Below, in pieces: positions 50,832-60,390 of a DNA stretch of 64,000 bases; position 1 is the first letter of the stretch; each line of letters starts with the position of its first letter. The translations under genes were made by a program, and so were the position numbers. Source of the stretch: Alphaproteobacteria bacterium (GTDB lineage: Bacteria; Pseudomonadota; Alphaproteobacteria; CALMVH01); the NCBI GenBank assembly GCA_965199265.1, contig CBDAQV010000004.1:128884-192883 (forward strand), written 5' to 3'. The notes under the pieces are model-generated. The model made no database searches and was not told the DNA's origin. It was given only the letters and a program-made list of their open reading frames with translations.

Positions 50832-51950
50832 TCACACCCGCATCGGCATGATGACGTAGAGCGCGCTGGGGTCGCCCGTATCGCGGATGATGGTGGGACT
50901 GGCGGGATCGGCGATGGTCAGCTGGCAGCCGGTGCCCTCGATCTGGCTGGCGATGTCCAGCAGGTAGCGCGAGTTGAAGCCGATCTCCATCGCGGTGGAG
51001 GTGTAACTGACTTCCAGCTCCTCCGTCGCGCTGCCGCTTTCGGGGCTGGACGCCGACACCGTCAGCGCGCCCTTGTCGATCGACAGCTTCACCGCGCGCG
51101 ACTTCTCGGTCGAGATGGTGGCGACGCGGTCGACGGCGCTGGCGAACAGCCTCGGATCGACTTCCAGGACCTTGTCGTTGCCGCTCGGGATCACGCGCTC
51201 GTAGTCGGGGAAGGTGCCATCGATCAGCTTCGAGGTCAGGACGATGTCGTTGAAGGCGAAGCGCAGCTTGGTGTCCGATACCGCGATCTTGATCGGCGTC
51301 GTCGCCTCCTCGATCAGCTTGCGTATCTCGCCTACGGTCTTGCGCGGGATGATGATGCCGGGCAGGCCCTTGGCGCCGCCGGGCAGCGGCGTTTCCACCC
51401 TCGCCAGGCGGTGGCCGTCGGTCGCGACGGCGCGCAGCACGTCGACGTTGTCCGTCTTGGCGGCGTGCAGGTATATGCCATTGAGGTAGTAGCGCGTTTC
51501 CTCCATCGATATGGCGAAGCGCGCGCGGTCGATCAACTGCTTCAGCTCGGCGGAGCCCAGCTCGAAATCGTGCCGCATCGAGGCGGCCGCCATCTGCGGG
51601 AAATCCTCCGTCGGCAGGCAGCCCAGCTTGAAGTTCGAGCGCCCGGCGCGCACGGCCAGCTGCGTCCCCTCCGCGTTCAGTTCCAGCTCGACCTTGCCGG
51701 TCTCGGGCAGCTTGCGCGCGATGTCGTAGAGCGTGTGCGCCGGGGTCGTCGTCGCGCCGGGGCTGGTCACCTCGGCGGCGGTCGATTCGACGATCTCCAG
51801 ATCCATGTCGGTCGCCGTCAGCGACAGCTTGCCCGATTCGGCCTTCAGCAGGACATTGGACAGGATGGGGATCGTGTTGCGCCGTTCGACGACGCTTTGC
51901 ACGTGGGCGAGCGATTTCAGGAGCGCCGCGCGTTCGATCGACAGTTTCAT
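50832..51950 (-). CDS. dnaN: DNA polymerase III beta sliding clamp
   Basis: MKLSIERAALLKSLAHVQSVVERRNTIPILSNVLL is the canonical DnaN N-terminus. The 372-aa product has three domains. Confidence 0.95.
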   Translation of the reverse strand: MKLSIERAALLKSLAHVQSVVERRNTIPILSNVLLKAESGKLSLTATDMDLEIVESTAAEVTSPGATTTPAHTLYDIARKLPETGKVELELNAEGTQLAVRAGRSNFKLGCLPTEDFPQMAAASMRHDFELGSAELKQLIDRARFAISMEETRYYLNGIYLHAAKTDNVDVLRAVATDGHRLARVETPLPGGAKGLPGIIIPRKTVGEIRKLIEEATTPIKIAVSDTKLRFAFNDIVLTSKLIDGTFPDYERVIPSGNDKVLEVDPRLFASAVDRVATISTEKSRAVKLSIDKGALTVSASSPESGSATEELEVSYTSTAMEIGFNSRYLLDIASQIEGTGCQLTIADPASPTIIRDTGDPSALYVIMPMRV

Positions 51951-52131
51951 GGCGCCGAGTTTATTGCCTCCGCCGCCAGTTGCAAGGCCTATCGCTGACG
52001 GGATGCCTGCCGAGCAGTGTCCTGACCGCGTATGCGGCCGGTCGCGCCGAGCTTTGGCCCAGGCGATAGCGATAGGGCTGGTTCGTCCTGGGCGGATCCG
52101 ACACGCCGATGGCCGTCAGCGTCGCCCGGGC

Positions 52132-55100
52132 TCAGCTATGCCAAGCGGCGAGCACGGCCGCGTTGAGAGTCGCGTCACCCGGCATGGCAGCGCCCGTTGC
52201 CTGCGGATTGAAGCCGGGATGCGCGGCGGAAAAGCCTGCCATTGCGTTCACCAGCGTGTTCACCGCTGAATCAAGCTTCAGCCCGCTGCCGTCCACGATC
52301 TTCAATACCTGAGAGTAAGCATTGCCGTACCAGTTCTGGATCGTGACCTGGTCCCTGGTGCCCAGTACGTCGATCACCAGATTGTTGCCGACCTTTGCCA
52401 GCCATAGCCCGGTATCCGCAATGCCCGACGCGAAGTCCACCTGCCCAGCCGCCGCGTTCGCCGGAGCCACGCCGTTCACGATCGTGACCGCACCGTCGCC
52501 CCGGCCAAAGTCGTAGGTGTCCGACCCGCCGTTGCCTGTCAGAACGCTCGTTCCGCCCGCTTGTGCGTGTCCGCGTAATGTGTCGTCGTACTGTGTTCCC
52601 GTGACGCTGGTGTAACCGCCCAGGACCTGGCCGGAGACCGAGCTGGTTCCGGCGGAAAGGTCTACGGAGGCTCCTGCCGTCTGGCTGCTTTCGTCGAGGG
52701 TAAAGCTTACCGTCTGGACGTTTCCGGTGACCAGCGAAGCCTTGTTGACGCCGCTGAGCACCACGGTCTGGCCATTGTCGGATTTGATTGTCGTGCCGTC
52801 GATATTGAAGTTGCCGATCAGCGCCGTGGTCGGGGTGGCGCCGTAGGGAAGGATTTGCGCGCTTGCGATGGTCAGCCCGTTCATGAACCATATGACCGCT
52901 GGCGAGTCCGGGTTCGGCGTGTTCGCGGCCAGCAGGATATCGGCGTCTCCATCACCGTTGAAATCGCCGACCCCCGCGATGTGGTACCCCGGCAGTACCT
53001 GCGCGCCGTAGGCGCCGCCCAGCGCCGCTGCGCCGATCACCGTGCCGGTGCCGCTCATCTCCCACAATACCGGGGTGGCGGACCCGTTGTCCCACAGGAT
53101 GTCGCTGATGCCGTCGCCATTGAAGTCGCCGATCCACGCCTTGGTGGACGTCGCTCCGTAGGGCAGCACGGACGCGCCTGCCACGGCAAGGCCGTTCATG
53201 TACCAGATCACGGCGGGCGAGTTCGGGTTCGGGACGTTCGCCGCCCATAGGATGTCGCTTTTTCCATCGCCGTTGAAGTCACCGACGCCTGCGATGTGAT
53301 ACCCGGGCAGGACCGGCATCCCCGGCCCGCCGCCGATCCAACCGGCGGCGATGACCTGGTTGTTTTTCATCTCCCACAGGAACGGGGCCGCGCCGCCCTC
53401 GTCCCACAGAATGTCCGTGGTGCCGTCGCCGTCGAAGTCGCCGGCCCATACCTTGCTGCTGGCGCTTCCGTAGGGCAGGACCTCGCCTGAAACCAGCGTG
53501 CCGTTTCCAATGTTCCAGATCACGTCCGGCGCGAAAGGACTGGCATTGTTGGCGGTCAGCAACAGGTCGCTGGTTCCGTCTCCATTAAAATCGCCCACCG
53601 CGGCGACGTGGTAGCCGGGCAGAACGTCCGACCCGAAACTTCCGCCCAGCGCCGCCGCGCCCTTGACCGCCGCGCCGTTCAGTTCCCAGGTCACGGGCGT
53701 GAGCGAGCCGTAGTTCCACACAAGGTCGCTGATGTCGTAGTTCGAGGTCGCGTAGGACGTCGCGCCCATCAGCTGTACGGCGTCGCCGCTGCTTCCCGCG
53801 TGGAAATTGGTTATCGTATTGGTCAGGCCGGCCACCGTGAAACGGAATTGGTTCTGCCCGGCCGACCCGGTCAGGGTGCCCGATGCGCCGGGCAGGACCA
53901 GGTGAATGGGCACGACCACGTGAACGGGCACGCCGGTCGGCGCAGGCGCGGGAGCGCTGGAGCCTGTGCTTCCCGAAGTCGTTCCCTGGGAAGGGGGCGT
54001 GGCGGCCGGCGCATTGGGCAGGACTTCGATGATGACCGGATCAGCCGACAAGCCGACCGAAACCGTGGCGGCATCGGTCAGCGACTGGATGGCAGACGTC
54101 CCTTGCATCGGATCGTAGACATTGATGTTCTGGAAAGCGGAGCCGAAAGTAACGGTTACATTCGAAGTCGGCGGCGTTGTGTCCGCGGTGCCGTTGGAAA
54201 CGGCCGCATTGTCATTCCAGATGACGATATCGAAAGCCCCGTTCGATTTCTCCAGCAGCGTCGAAGTGGCGGTGCTTGGCAGGCCGGCCAGGCTGTAGTC
54301 CAGCGTCCCCGGGTTCGTCACAGTGCCGCTGTCGGCCAGGATGGCGAACAGGTCGTGCAAGTCGTTCGCGGCCGCCTTGGGCGTTCCGTCGGCGTTGAAC
54401 AGGCCGAAATTGCTCTCCTGATCGGCAGGCGAGTCCTCGTCATCCATCAGTTCATAAAGGAAAGTTTTGGCAGCCCCGTCCTTGTAGCCGTCCAGAACGG
54501 CATTGAGATCGATGATGCCCTGGGTTTTCGGGTCTGTTACGCCCCAAGTCGAACTGCCGTAACCCGAGCTCGAAATGCCCGTCTCGGTGATATAGACAGG
54601 CTTTCCGGGAGCGCTGGCCTTGGCCGCGGCGATGCCGGACAGCATGTTGTTCTGCAACTGCTGGCCGACCCCGGCGTAAACGTGCCAGTTAGAAGCGTCT
54701 ACGTACTGGCCGACACTGGCCCCGGAACTGGCGTTGGCGGTAGATGCCGCCACGATTTTCACCCCGGCCAGACTGGGATCGGCTTCGACCGCGCTTTGCA
54801 GATTTTGATCGTCGAGGGCGCCCCAGGCAATGTTTCCGGTCGAAGACTCTCCGTTCAGCGTCAGCTTGTTGACATTGTATTCGTTCTCGCCTTCGATGCT
54901 TTCTATACTGCCCGGCGCGGCAGCTTCGAGAGTATTGTCGACCTGCAGATCCTTGGCGGCGTCGACCGTCGGACCATTCTGGAGCAGATCGAACTTAACG
55001 CCGGTTTGAGCGAGTGCGACGTATTCTGAAAGAGCCCAGCTGAAAGGGTCGCCATCGCGTATGTTCTTCACGCCGAGGTAGGCGACTGCGTTTTCGACGT

Positions 55101-55251
55101 TCTGGGCGCTTGAGTAGCCCGTTGTGTTGGACCATGTCAGATGGGCGTTTACCCCAACGGAATTGATAAAGCTGTTTACGCTTGCAGCCTGTACGGGCCC
55201 GGGTGAAGGTGCGCCTGTGGCCAACGCATCGTTTTGAATGCTAGCGACCAT
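52132..55251 (-). CDS. large secreted multidomain protein: N-terminal clan GH-A glycoside-hydrolase-like domain, >=4 FG-GAP/VCBS-type repeats (GDFNGDG[TKI]SD), RTX-like Ca-binding motif and T1SS-substrate-type C-terminal domain
   Basis: KPVYITETGISS is a clan GH-A nucleophile motif. GDFNGDGTSDLLL / GDFDGDGTTDILW / GDFNGDGKSDILW / GDFNGDGISDILW / GDFNGDGDADILL are the repeats. GNGGSDTYDFGRGDG is followed by ...QVTIQNWYGNAYSQVLKIV, the haemolysin-type Ca-binding related domain. The gene has an AT-rich upstream region. Confidence 0.8.
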   Translation of the reverse strand: MVASIQNDALATGAPSPGPVQAASVNSFINSVGVNAHLTWSNTTGYSSAQNVENAVAYLGVKNIRDGDPFSWALSEYVALAQTGVKFDLLQNGPTVDAAKDLQVDNTLEAAAPGSIESIEGENEYNVNKLTLNGESSTGNIAWGALDDQNLQSAVEADPSLAGVKIVAASTANASSGASVGQYVDASNWHVYAGVGQQLQNNMLSGIAAAKASAPGKPVYITETGISSSGYGSSTWGVTDPKTQGIIDLNAVLDGYKDGAAKTFLYELMDDEDSPADQESNFGLFNADGTPKAAANDLHDLFAILADSGTVTNPGTLDYSLAGLPSTATSTLLEKSNGAFDIVIWNDNAAVSNGTADTTPPTSNVTVTFGSAFQNINVYDPMQGTSAIQSLTDAATVSVGLSADPVIIEVLPNAPAATPPSQGTTSGSTGSSAPAPAPTGVPVHVVVPIHLVLPGASGTLTGSAGQNQFRFTVAGLTNTITNFHAGSSGDAVQLMGATSYATSNYDISDLVWNYGSLTPVTWELNGAAVKGAAALGGSFGSDVLPGYHVAAVGDFNGDGTSDLLLTANNASPFAPDVIWNIGNGTLVSGEVLPYGSASSKVWAGDFDGDGTTDILWDEGGAAPFLWEMKNNQVIAAGWIGGGPGMPVLPGYHIAGVGDFNGDGKSDILWAANVPNPNSPAVIWYMNGLAVAGASVLPYGATSTKAWIGDFNGDGISDILWDNGSATPVLWEMSGTGTVIGAAALGGAYGAQVLPGYHIAGVGDFNGDGDADILLAANTPNPDSPAVIWFMNGLTIASAQILPYGATPTTALIGNFNIDGTTIKSDNGQTVVLSGVNKASLVTGNVQTVSFTLDESSQTAGASVDLSAGTSSVSGQVLGGYTSVTGTQYDDTLRGHAQAGGTSVLTGNGGSDTYDFGRGDGAVTIVNGVAPANAAAGQVDFASGIADTGLWLAKVGNNLVIDVLGTRDQVTIQNWYGNAYSQVLKIVDGSGLKLDSAVNTLVNAMAGFSAAHPGFNPQATGAAMPGDATLNAAVLAAWHS

Positions 55252-55680
55252 ATCAGTTTCCTCGATCAGCCATCACTTACAATCTAACAAAAATTTTCCA
55301 GAATATCCATAAAAAACAATTCGCTAAAGTTCATATTATTTTTGGTTAATTATTAACCTAGTCCGTTGATACGGCGGTTCCTGTTCCAGGGGATCGCGGT
55401 ATCGCGTCCGCGATGCACTGGGGAACGCCCGGTTGCAAGGCAAGCGCAAGCGCCGGGATCAACGACAGCCGCACGGTCAAGGCGACGGCTACTGTGCCTT
55501 GCCGAACGGGAAACAGCCGATGCCCGCGCAATCCTCATGACGGGCAACCATTTGCCTTGAGTAGCAGGCACGCCTCGGGCTACAGCTACGTCTCACCCCG
55601 GCAGAGGACCGCCTATCTTGTGGATGAGACACCGCTACCTGCATAGGCTGTATGCGAACAGCCTTTTCAGGAAGACCGTC

Positions 55681-56379
55681 ATGAACCTGTCCACCGGCAT
55701 GGAGTTGTCCATGCTGGGAGGTCATAAGGAGCGCGAAGTGGTCGAGCGCCTGCGCAGGGCGCGGCGCACGCGCGAAAGCCTGCTGAGCGGCAACGAGGCG
55801 TTCATGGTGTACTCCATGGCGCGCGCCCAGAGTGCGCTGGCGGGGGAAATGGCGGAGGTCGGCGTGTACCAGGGGTGCTCGGCCCGGCTGATCAGCGAGG
55901 CGAGCGGCGGCCGGTCCCTGCATCTGTTCGACACGTTCAACGGCTTGCCCGATCCCGACAGCGAGGAGCAAGGGCATCTTCGCTGCAACCAGTACCGTTC
56001 CTCGCTGGATTCGGTACGCGAGTATCTTGCGGACCGCCCGGACATCACGCTGCACCCGGGTTTCTTCCCCGCGACCGCCACCGGCATGGAGGACCGTCGC
56101 TTCTGTTTCGTCCACCTCGACGTCGACCTGAAGTCCAGCACGCGCGCCTGCCTCGACTTTTTTTATCCAAGGCTGGTTCCCGGCGGCATGATCATGACGC
56201 ACGACTACTCCTACCTCGACGGCGTGCGCGAGGCGTTCGGGGAGTTCACCGCCGGCTTGCCGGGCGGCAGGGGCCAGCTGATCGAACTGCCGACCTCGCA
56301 GGCGATCCTGGTTCGGGGCGTGGAAGTGGAGAGTTCTTCCCCTCTGGCGTCGCGCGAAGCGGTCAGGGAACCAGCCTAG
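55681..56379 (+). CDS. TylF/MycF-family class I SAM-dependent O-methyltransferase
   Basis: GEMAEVGVYQGCSARLI...HLFDTFNGLP...MIMTHDY is the macrocin-O-methyltransferase family pattern. The start is uncertain (TTG 55618, ATG 55624 or ATG 55681). Confidence 0.6.
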   Translation: MNLSTGMELSMLGGHKEREVVERLRRARRTRESLLSGNEAFMVYSMARAQSALAGEMAEVGVYQGCSARLISEASGGRSLHLFDTFNGLPDPDSEEQGHLRCNQYRSSLDSVREYLADRPDITLHPGFFPATATGMEDRRFCFVHLDVDLKSSTRACLDFFYPRLVPGGMIMTHDYSYLDGVREAFGEFTAGLPGGRGQLIELPTSQAILVRGVEVESSSPLASREAVREPA

Positions 56380-56387
56380 ACTGCTTT

Positions 56388-57572
56388 CTAGGCCCGGGGC
56401 CTTGCGCCGGGCTTGTCGCCGCCGCGTTGCTCCTGCTGGACCAGATCTGCAATGGGCGATCTGTGGCAACCGGGAACCACCGCGCCCACCGCGTCCAGCA
56501 TGCGGGTCACCCGCGGATACGAAATACGGAAATACGCGTCATTGGCCACCGCCTGGAGCGCCGAAGGCTCTGGTGCAATGGCTTTCGCGTGCAACGACTT
56601 TAGAACGTCGCGTTTCCGCGAAGGGTCGCTCAGAGCTTCCTGCACCATCGCACGCTCCCAGGCGACAAGCAAAGCGCCGTGCTGCTGCGACCCCGGAGGT
56701 GCATGGCGTAACAGCGTTTCCGATGCGGCGGCGCGTGCGGGATTAGACATGTCCAAGGCGGCGTCGGTCAGGCCCGCAAGGCCGCGATCGACGAGCCTTG
56801 CCGTATGAGGCCCCTCGTAAGCGGCGAGCACATCGATGGCGTGTCGAACGGCTGCGCCGGGTGCAAGTTCGACGGGCGCCAGGAAAGCGTCCGCCGCCAC
56901 GCTGCCGATCTGCCGGCGAAGAGCGTCAGGCCGACCGTTCACAAGAGTGCCCAGGATCGCCATCGACGCCGCCAGCCTGGCCGGCGCGTCGATCTGATCC
57001 GCAGAGTGCTCGAGCGAATGCAAGGCCGACCGGCTTGCGAGCGTGGCACTTATGCCGAACTCGGCTGCCCGTCGGCTGTGCAGCCGCGCCTTTGCGCTGC
57101 TGCGCTCCGCTTTCAACAAGGCCATCTCGGTCACCTCGCCCGAAGAGCGACCGGCTGCCTCGAGATGCGCTTGCACCTGCCCGGCGCTTACATGCTCGGC
57201 CGATATCTGCGCTTCGCGCAGGGCATGCCAGTCCAGGGCAATGCCCACGCGAGCCGTAAGGACTCCGGCGGCGGTCAGCCCGGCATCGGGCGACTTAACG
57301 ATCTGTTCCTCGGCGCCAACGGCTCGGACAGCGATCGTCAGGGCGCGGGACTCCGTTTCGGGCGCATAACAGTACTCGTTCATCGCCGCGACGACCCGGC
57401 GTAATGAATGAAGGCGGGTGCCTGCGCCATAGGCCGTGTCCGCGAGCCGCATCTCTGCAACGAGCTGTTCCGCTTCATCCACGCGATCGGCTTGCGCGAC
57501 GACATCTTCGCGCAGCATGCCTTGGCAAATCCTACCAAGCCGTTCCGCCAGTTTTTCATCCATTTCAGACAT
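56388..57572 (-). CDS. hypothetical Ala-rich protein (394 aa)
   Basis: The start is at MSEMDEKLAERLGRICQ (ATG 57572). The longer ORF-track extension overlaps the GAF gene and is an artifact. No family was recognised. Confidence 0.4.
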   Translation of the reverse strand: MSEMDEKLAERLGRICQGMLREDVVAQADRVDEAEQLVAEMRLADTAYGAGTRLHSLRRVVAAMNEYCYAPETESRALTIAVRAVGAEEQIVKSPDAGLTAAGVLTARVGIALDWHALREAQISAEHVSAGQVQAHLEAAGRSSGEVTEMALLKAERSSAKARLHSRRAAEFGISATLASRSALHSLEHSADQIDAPARLAASMAILGTLVNGRPDALRRQIGSVAADAFLAPVELAPGAAVRHAIDVLAAYEGPHTARLVDRGLAGLTDAALDMSNPARAAASETLLRHAPPGSQQHGALLVAWERAMVQEALSDPSRKRDVLKSLHAKAIAPEPSALQAVANDAYFRISYPRVTRMLDAVGAVVPGCHRSPIADLVQQEQRGGDKPGARPRA

Positions 57573-57637
57573 GAAGCCTCCGACCTTCACCGGAAGTAAG
57601 TGGCAGAAAAAGTCCTGAAAGTAAATACTTCGTAAAC

Positions 57638-58165
57638 TCAGAACCGTGCAGGCTCCAGTTGAGCGGTAATGATTTCGGCTGAAATCGCCGCGAAATCCTT
57701 CAGCATGCGACGCTCGCGGGGGCTGAGCTCGCTGCGCGGCATGTGATCCAGGAGGCAGAACGTACCCAGCTTGTGCCCGGAGGGCCCCAGCAACGGCGCA
57801 CCCGCGTAAAAGCGTATGTGCGGCGCGGCTGTGACCAGCGGATTGTCGGAGAAGCGATCGTCCTCGGTCGCGTTCGGAATGAAAAGGATGTCGTCCTGCA
57901 GCAGCGCATAGGTGCAGAACGAGGTCGAGCGCGGCATCTCGGTGATCGCGGGGCCATGGATGGCCAGCATCACCTGGCGTTTCGCCTCGATCAGCGACAG
58001 CAGGGCCACCGGTACGTTGAACACCGAGCTTGCCAGGTCCGTCAGGATGCGCAGGCTTTTCTGCTCGGGCATATCCAGCACGCGGCAACTGTGCAGCGCG
58101 TTCATACGCTCCGCCTCGTTCTCGGGCAAAGGAAACTTGCGTGTGTCGGCGTCGGTTGAATCCAT
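57638..58165 (-). CDS. GAF domain-containing protein (stand-alone)
   Basis: ERMNALHSCRVLDMPEQKSLRILTDLASSVFNVPVALLSLIEAKRQVMLAIHG...RFYAGAPL is the GAF fold signature. The start is at the internal ATG at 58165. Confidence 0.6.
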   Translation of the reverse strand: MDSTDADTRKFPLPENEAERMNALHSCRVLDMPEQKSLRILTDLASSVFNVPVALLSLIEAKRQVMLAIHGPAITEMPRSTSFCTYALLQDDILFIPNATEDDRFSDNPLVTAAPHIRFYAGAPLLGPSGHKLGTFCLLDHMPRSELSPRERRMLKDFAAISAEIITAQLEPARF

Positions 58166-58447
58166 GGCACAAACTAGGCCTGTGCTAAACAAAAGTACAA
58201 GGGCACGCTGGCCACCGACTACGGCAATGCTGTGGCTGGTGCAAAGTCTGTCGATGACGAATGGAAGCTGCGCAGCGGCAGCAAGACCTCCTTGCGCGCA
58301 TACGCCCCACTCTGGGCGATGTTCCCCTGCCGAAAGCTTCTGCATCAACGCAGCCAACGCGAACTGCATAGCGGCGGGGAAGCAAGGTGTCGCGGATGGT
58401 TGTTCGACGTAAATGCGCTCTCGACGCGCGTCATTGCTTCGAAAGCG

Positions 58448-59209
58448 TCACCTGTCGCGCTTCACCTCGGCTCTGGCCTCGTCGAGGGCAGACACGAACG
58501 CCGGCGTGGCCAGCAGTTCGCGAGCGACCTGTTCGCCCAGGACCTTGCCCTGCTCGACGTCGGTCTCGTAGTGAACGCCAGCGACGACGCGGCTTTGCGC
58601 GATCCGTTCGGCATCCTGCATTATCAATGTCGCCTTGTCAGGGTAGATCTGCTCCAGGATGACGGCCTCACACATCGCGACCGTCGAATGTCCGCTCGGG
58701 TAGCTGAAACCGTCGGCGGTGAAGAGCGGATGAATGAGCTCGGGATGCGCTACGAAGGGGCGCGGGCGTTGCCACCGGTTCTTGGCATAGACGTCAACCG
58801 CCGTTGCCTGATTTTTCAGCAGTTCCAGAAAACGGTAGAAGCCGGGATCGTCAGCCGGGGTAACCCGCGGGTCGACATCCTTCATGATCAATGCCGCTGC
58901 ATTGCCGGCGTCGGCCACGGCCTGATTGCTCCGCTCCGAAGTGCGTGTGGTTTGTGCAGCAATTTCCGTCTGGAGGTCCGCCGCGTCCTGCGAAGTTCCG
59001 GGGGAAGGCGGAGCGGGAAGCTGGCCGACGATCGCCCTTACCTCGGCGGGCGAGAGCCAATTCGGCTGCTCTGCCGTCGAGCCCGGGTTGACCGTGCCGG
59101 AACTGGCCGTCCCGGAAGAAGTCTGGCCCCCGACGACGGGGCTTGCCAGGCTCGCCAGGACGGCAGCAAGGAACAAGACCTGCAATCCGGCACAAGAGGC
59201 TTTTGGCAT
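58448..59209 (-). CDS. class A bacterial acid phosphatase (PAP2 superfamily) with signal peptide
   Basis: KNRWQRPRPF, PSGHST and SRVVAGVHYETD are the three PAP2 motifs (KX6RP, PSGH, SRX5HX3D). Confidence 0.75.
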   Translation of the reverse strand: MPKASCAGLQVLFLAAVLASLASPVVGGQTSSGTASSGTVNPGSTAEQPNWLSPAEVRAIVGQLPAPPSPGTSQDAADLQTEIAAQTTRTSERSNQAVADAGNAAALIMKDVDPRVTPADDPGFYRFLELLKNQATAVDVYAKNRWQRPRPFVAHPELIHPLFTADGFSYPSGHSTVAMCEAVILEQIYPDKATLIMQDAERIAQSRVVAGVHYETDVEQGKVLGEQVARELLATPAFVSALDEARAEVKRDR

Positions 59210-59232
59210 CCTGACGTCACTCTGAACTCAAA

Positions 59233-59274
59233 TCATCCTGCCCTAGCCATCCTGCCCTGGCCATCCTGCCCTGG
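59233..59274. repeat. 3 x 14-bp tandem repeat CATCCTGCCCT(A/G)GC
   Basis: Seen directly in the sequence. It lies between the PAP2 gene start and the tRNA-Gln 3' end. Confidence 0.5.
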
Positions 59275-59345
59275 CTGGACGGGTAAGCGATCGTGTCGCC
59301 AGTCGGGCCTCAGGATCCCAACCTTAAGAGTGCCATCGGGGTATG

Positions 59346-59419
59346 GTGGTTGGGGGACGTGGATTCGAACCACGGTAAACAGAGTCAGAGTCTGTTGTCC
59401 TACCGCTAGACGATCCCCC
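59346..59419 (-). tRNA. tRNA-Gln (anticodon CUG)
   Basis: The 74-nt sequence UGGGGGAUCGUCUAGCGGUAGGAC...CUCUGAC...GGUUCGAAUCCACGUCCCCCAACCA folds as a cloverleaf. It has a 7-bp acceptor stem with U1-A72, a 3-bp D-stem typical of tRNA-Gln, and a T-loop GTTCGAATC. The CCA is encoded. Confidence 0.85.
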
Positions 59420-59513
59420 AACAGTGCCGATGTCAGCGACGGAACGCTCCATAGCACCATAGATGGTCGCCATCAAGGGCTGCCGTTTGCGAAGGCAAAC
59501 AGACCCCGATCAT

Positions 59514-59747
59514 TCAGTGGACGCTGACAGGCTCCAGTTCGTTCTGGCGAACGGCCGCCTGAGCCGTGGCGTGGGTGTCCATCACGGCCAAGGGCGTACC
59601 GTTTGCGGCATGAATCGCGTAATGCGCCTCGCCCTCCAGCACCACGGGCTTGAGGTAAGCCAAATCGTTCACTCCGAAATCGGCCCAGTCGGCCTGCGAC
59701 AGTTGCTTGAGGGCGCTGACGAAAACACTGTTGTTGTTAGCGATCAT
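59514..59747 (-). CDS. DUF1150 family protein
   Basis: MIANNNSVFVSALKQLSQ...LAYLKPVV is the typical DUF1150 pattern. It lies downstream of and overlapping (TAATG) the hsp20 gene, a conserved pairing in alphaproteobacteria. Confidence 0.65.
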   Translation of the reverse strand: MIANNNSVFVSALKQLSQADWADFGVNDLAYLKPVVLEGEAHYAIHAANGTPLAVMDTHATAQAAVRQNELEPVSVH

Positions 59748-60232
59748 TAAAGTCCTCCTTCCGCCGCGATCGGCGGTGCCGTTACTGATTGAACATTCAA
59801 GGTGGTCACATGGTCCGTGCCGCCATGCGTTTTTCTTATCTCGATCCGCCGCACCAAGGTTTCCGGCGATGGGCGCTCCAGCTCGACGTGCAGCAATCCG
59901 TTATCCAGCGAAGCAGCCCCGACCTCGATTCCATCGGCGAGCAGGAAGGCCTTCTGGAACTGCCGCGCGGCAATGCCCCGATGAAGGAACTTTCGGTCCC
60001 GGTCGTCGCCCTGCCGGCCACGAATGACCAGCTGGTTGCCTTCGACCTCGATCCGCAAATCCTCGGCCGCGAACCCCGCAACGGCCAAGGTGATGCGAAG
60101 CGCCTGGCCTAGCTGCTCGATATTGTACGGAGGATATCCGTCGCCGCCCGACTTTGCCATCCGGTCGAGCGTGCACTGCATCTGCTCGAAGCCGAGCAGG
60201 AACGGGCTGTTCAACGTCAACCGTGCAGTCAT
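59747..60232 (-). CDS. Hsp20/alpha-crystallin family small heat-shock protein
   Basis: It has an alpha-crystallin domain (GYPPYNIEQLGQALRITLAVAGFAAEDLRIEVEGNQLVIRG...AFLLADGIEVGAASLDNGLLHVEL). The start is at the ATG at 60232. Confidence 0.85.
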   Translation of the reverse strand: MTARLTLNSPFLLGFEQMQCTLDRMAKSGGDGYPPYNIEQLGQALRITLAVAGFAAEDLRIEVEGNQLVIRGRQGDDRDRKFLHRGIAARQFQKAFLLADGIEVGAASLDNGLLHVELERPSPETLVRRIEIRKTHGGTDHVTTLNVQSVTAPPIAAEGGL

Positions 60233-60327
60233 GGCGGCAACTCCTCCCATCGAGCGAGCTATGCAAGTTCCAGGCCCGAAATCCGGCGCCTGCGAGTAAT
60301 TTCACCTTCAAAGTGTTATTTGGCGAG

Positions 60328-60347
60328 GCCCTTGAGAATCTTCAAGG
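60328..60347 (-). promoter_or_regulatory. inverted repeat CCCTTGA-N6-TCAAGGG overlapping a sigma-32-like -35 element (CTTGAAG) ~95 nt upstream of hsp20
   Basis: Seen in the sequence. The spacing to a weak -10-like CCAAATAA is 17 nt. The 5' UTR ends in GGGAGGAG SD, preceded by CTCGCTCG, which could pair with it in a ROSE-like manner. The assignment is tentative. Confidence 0.2.
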
Positions 60348-60390
60348 GTTCGCAACCAAAACTTGTAAGCTGCCGTTAGGAATTCCAGCT

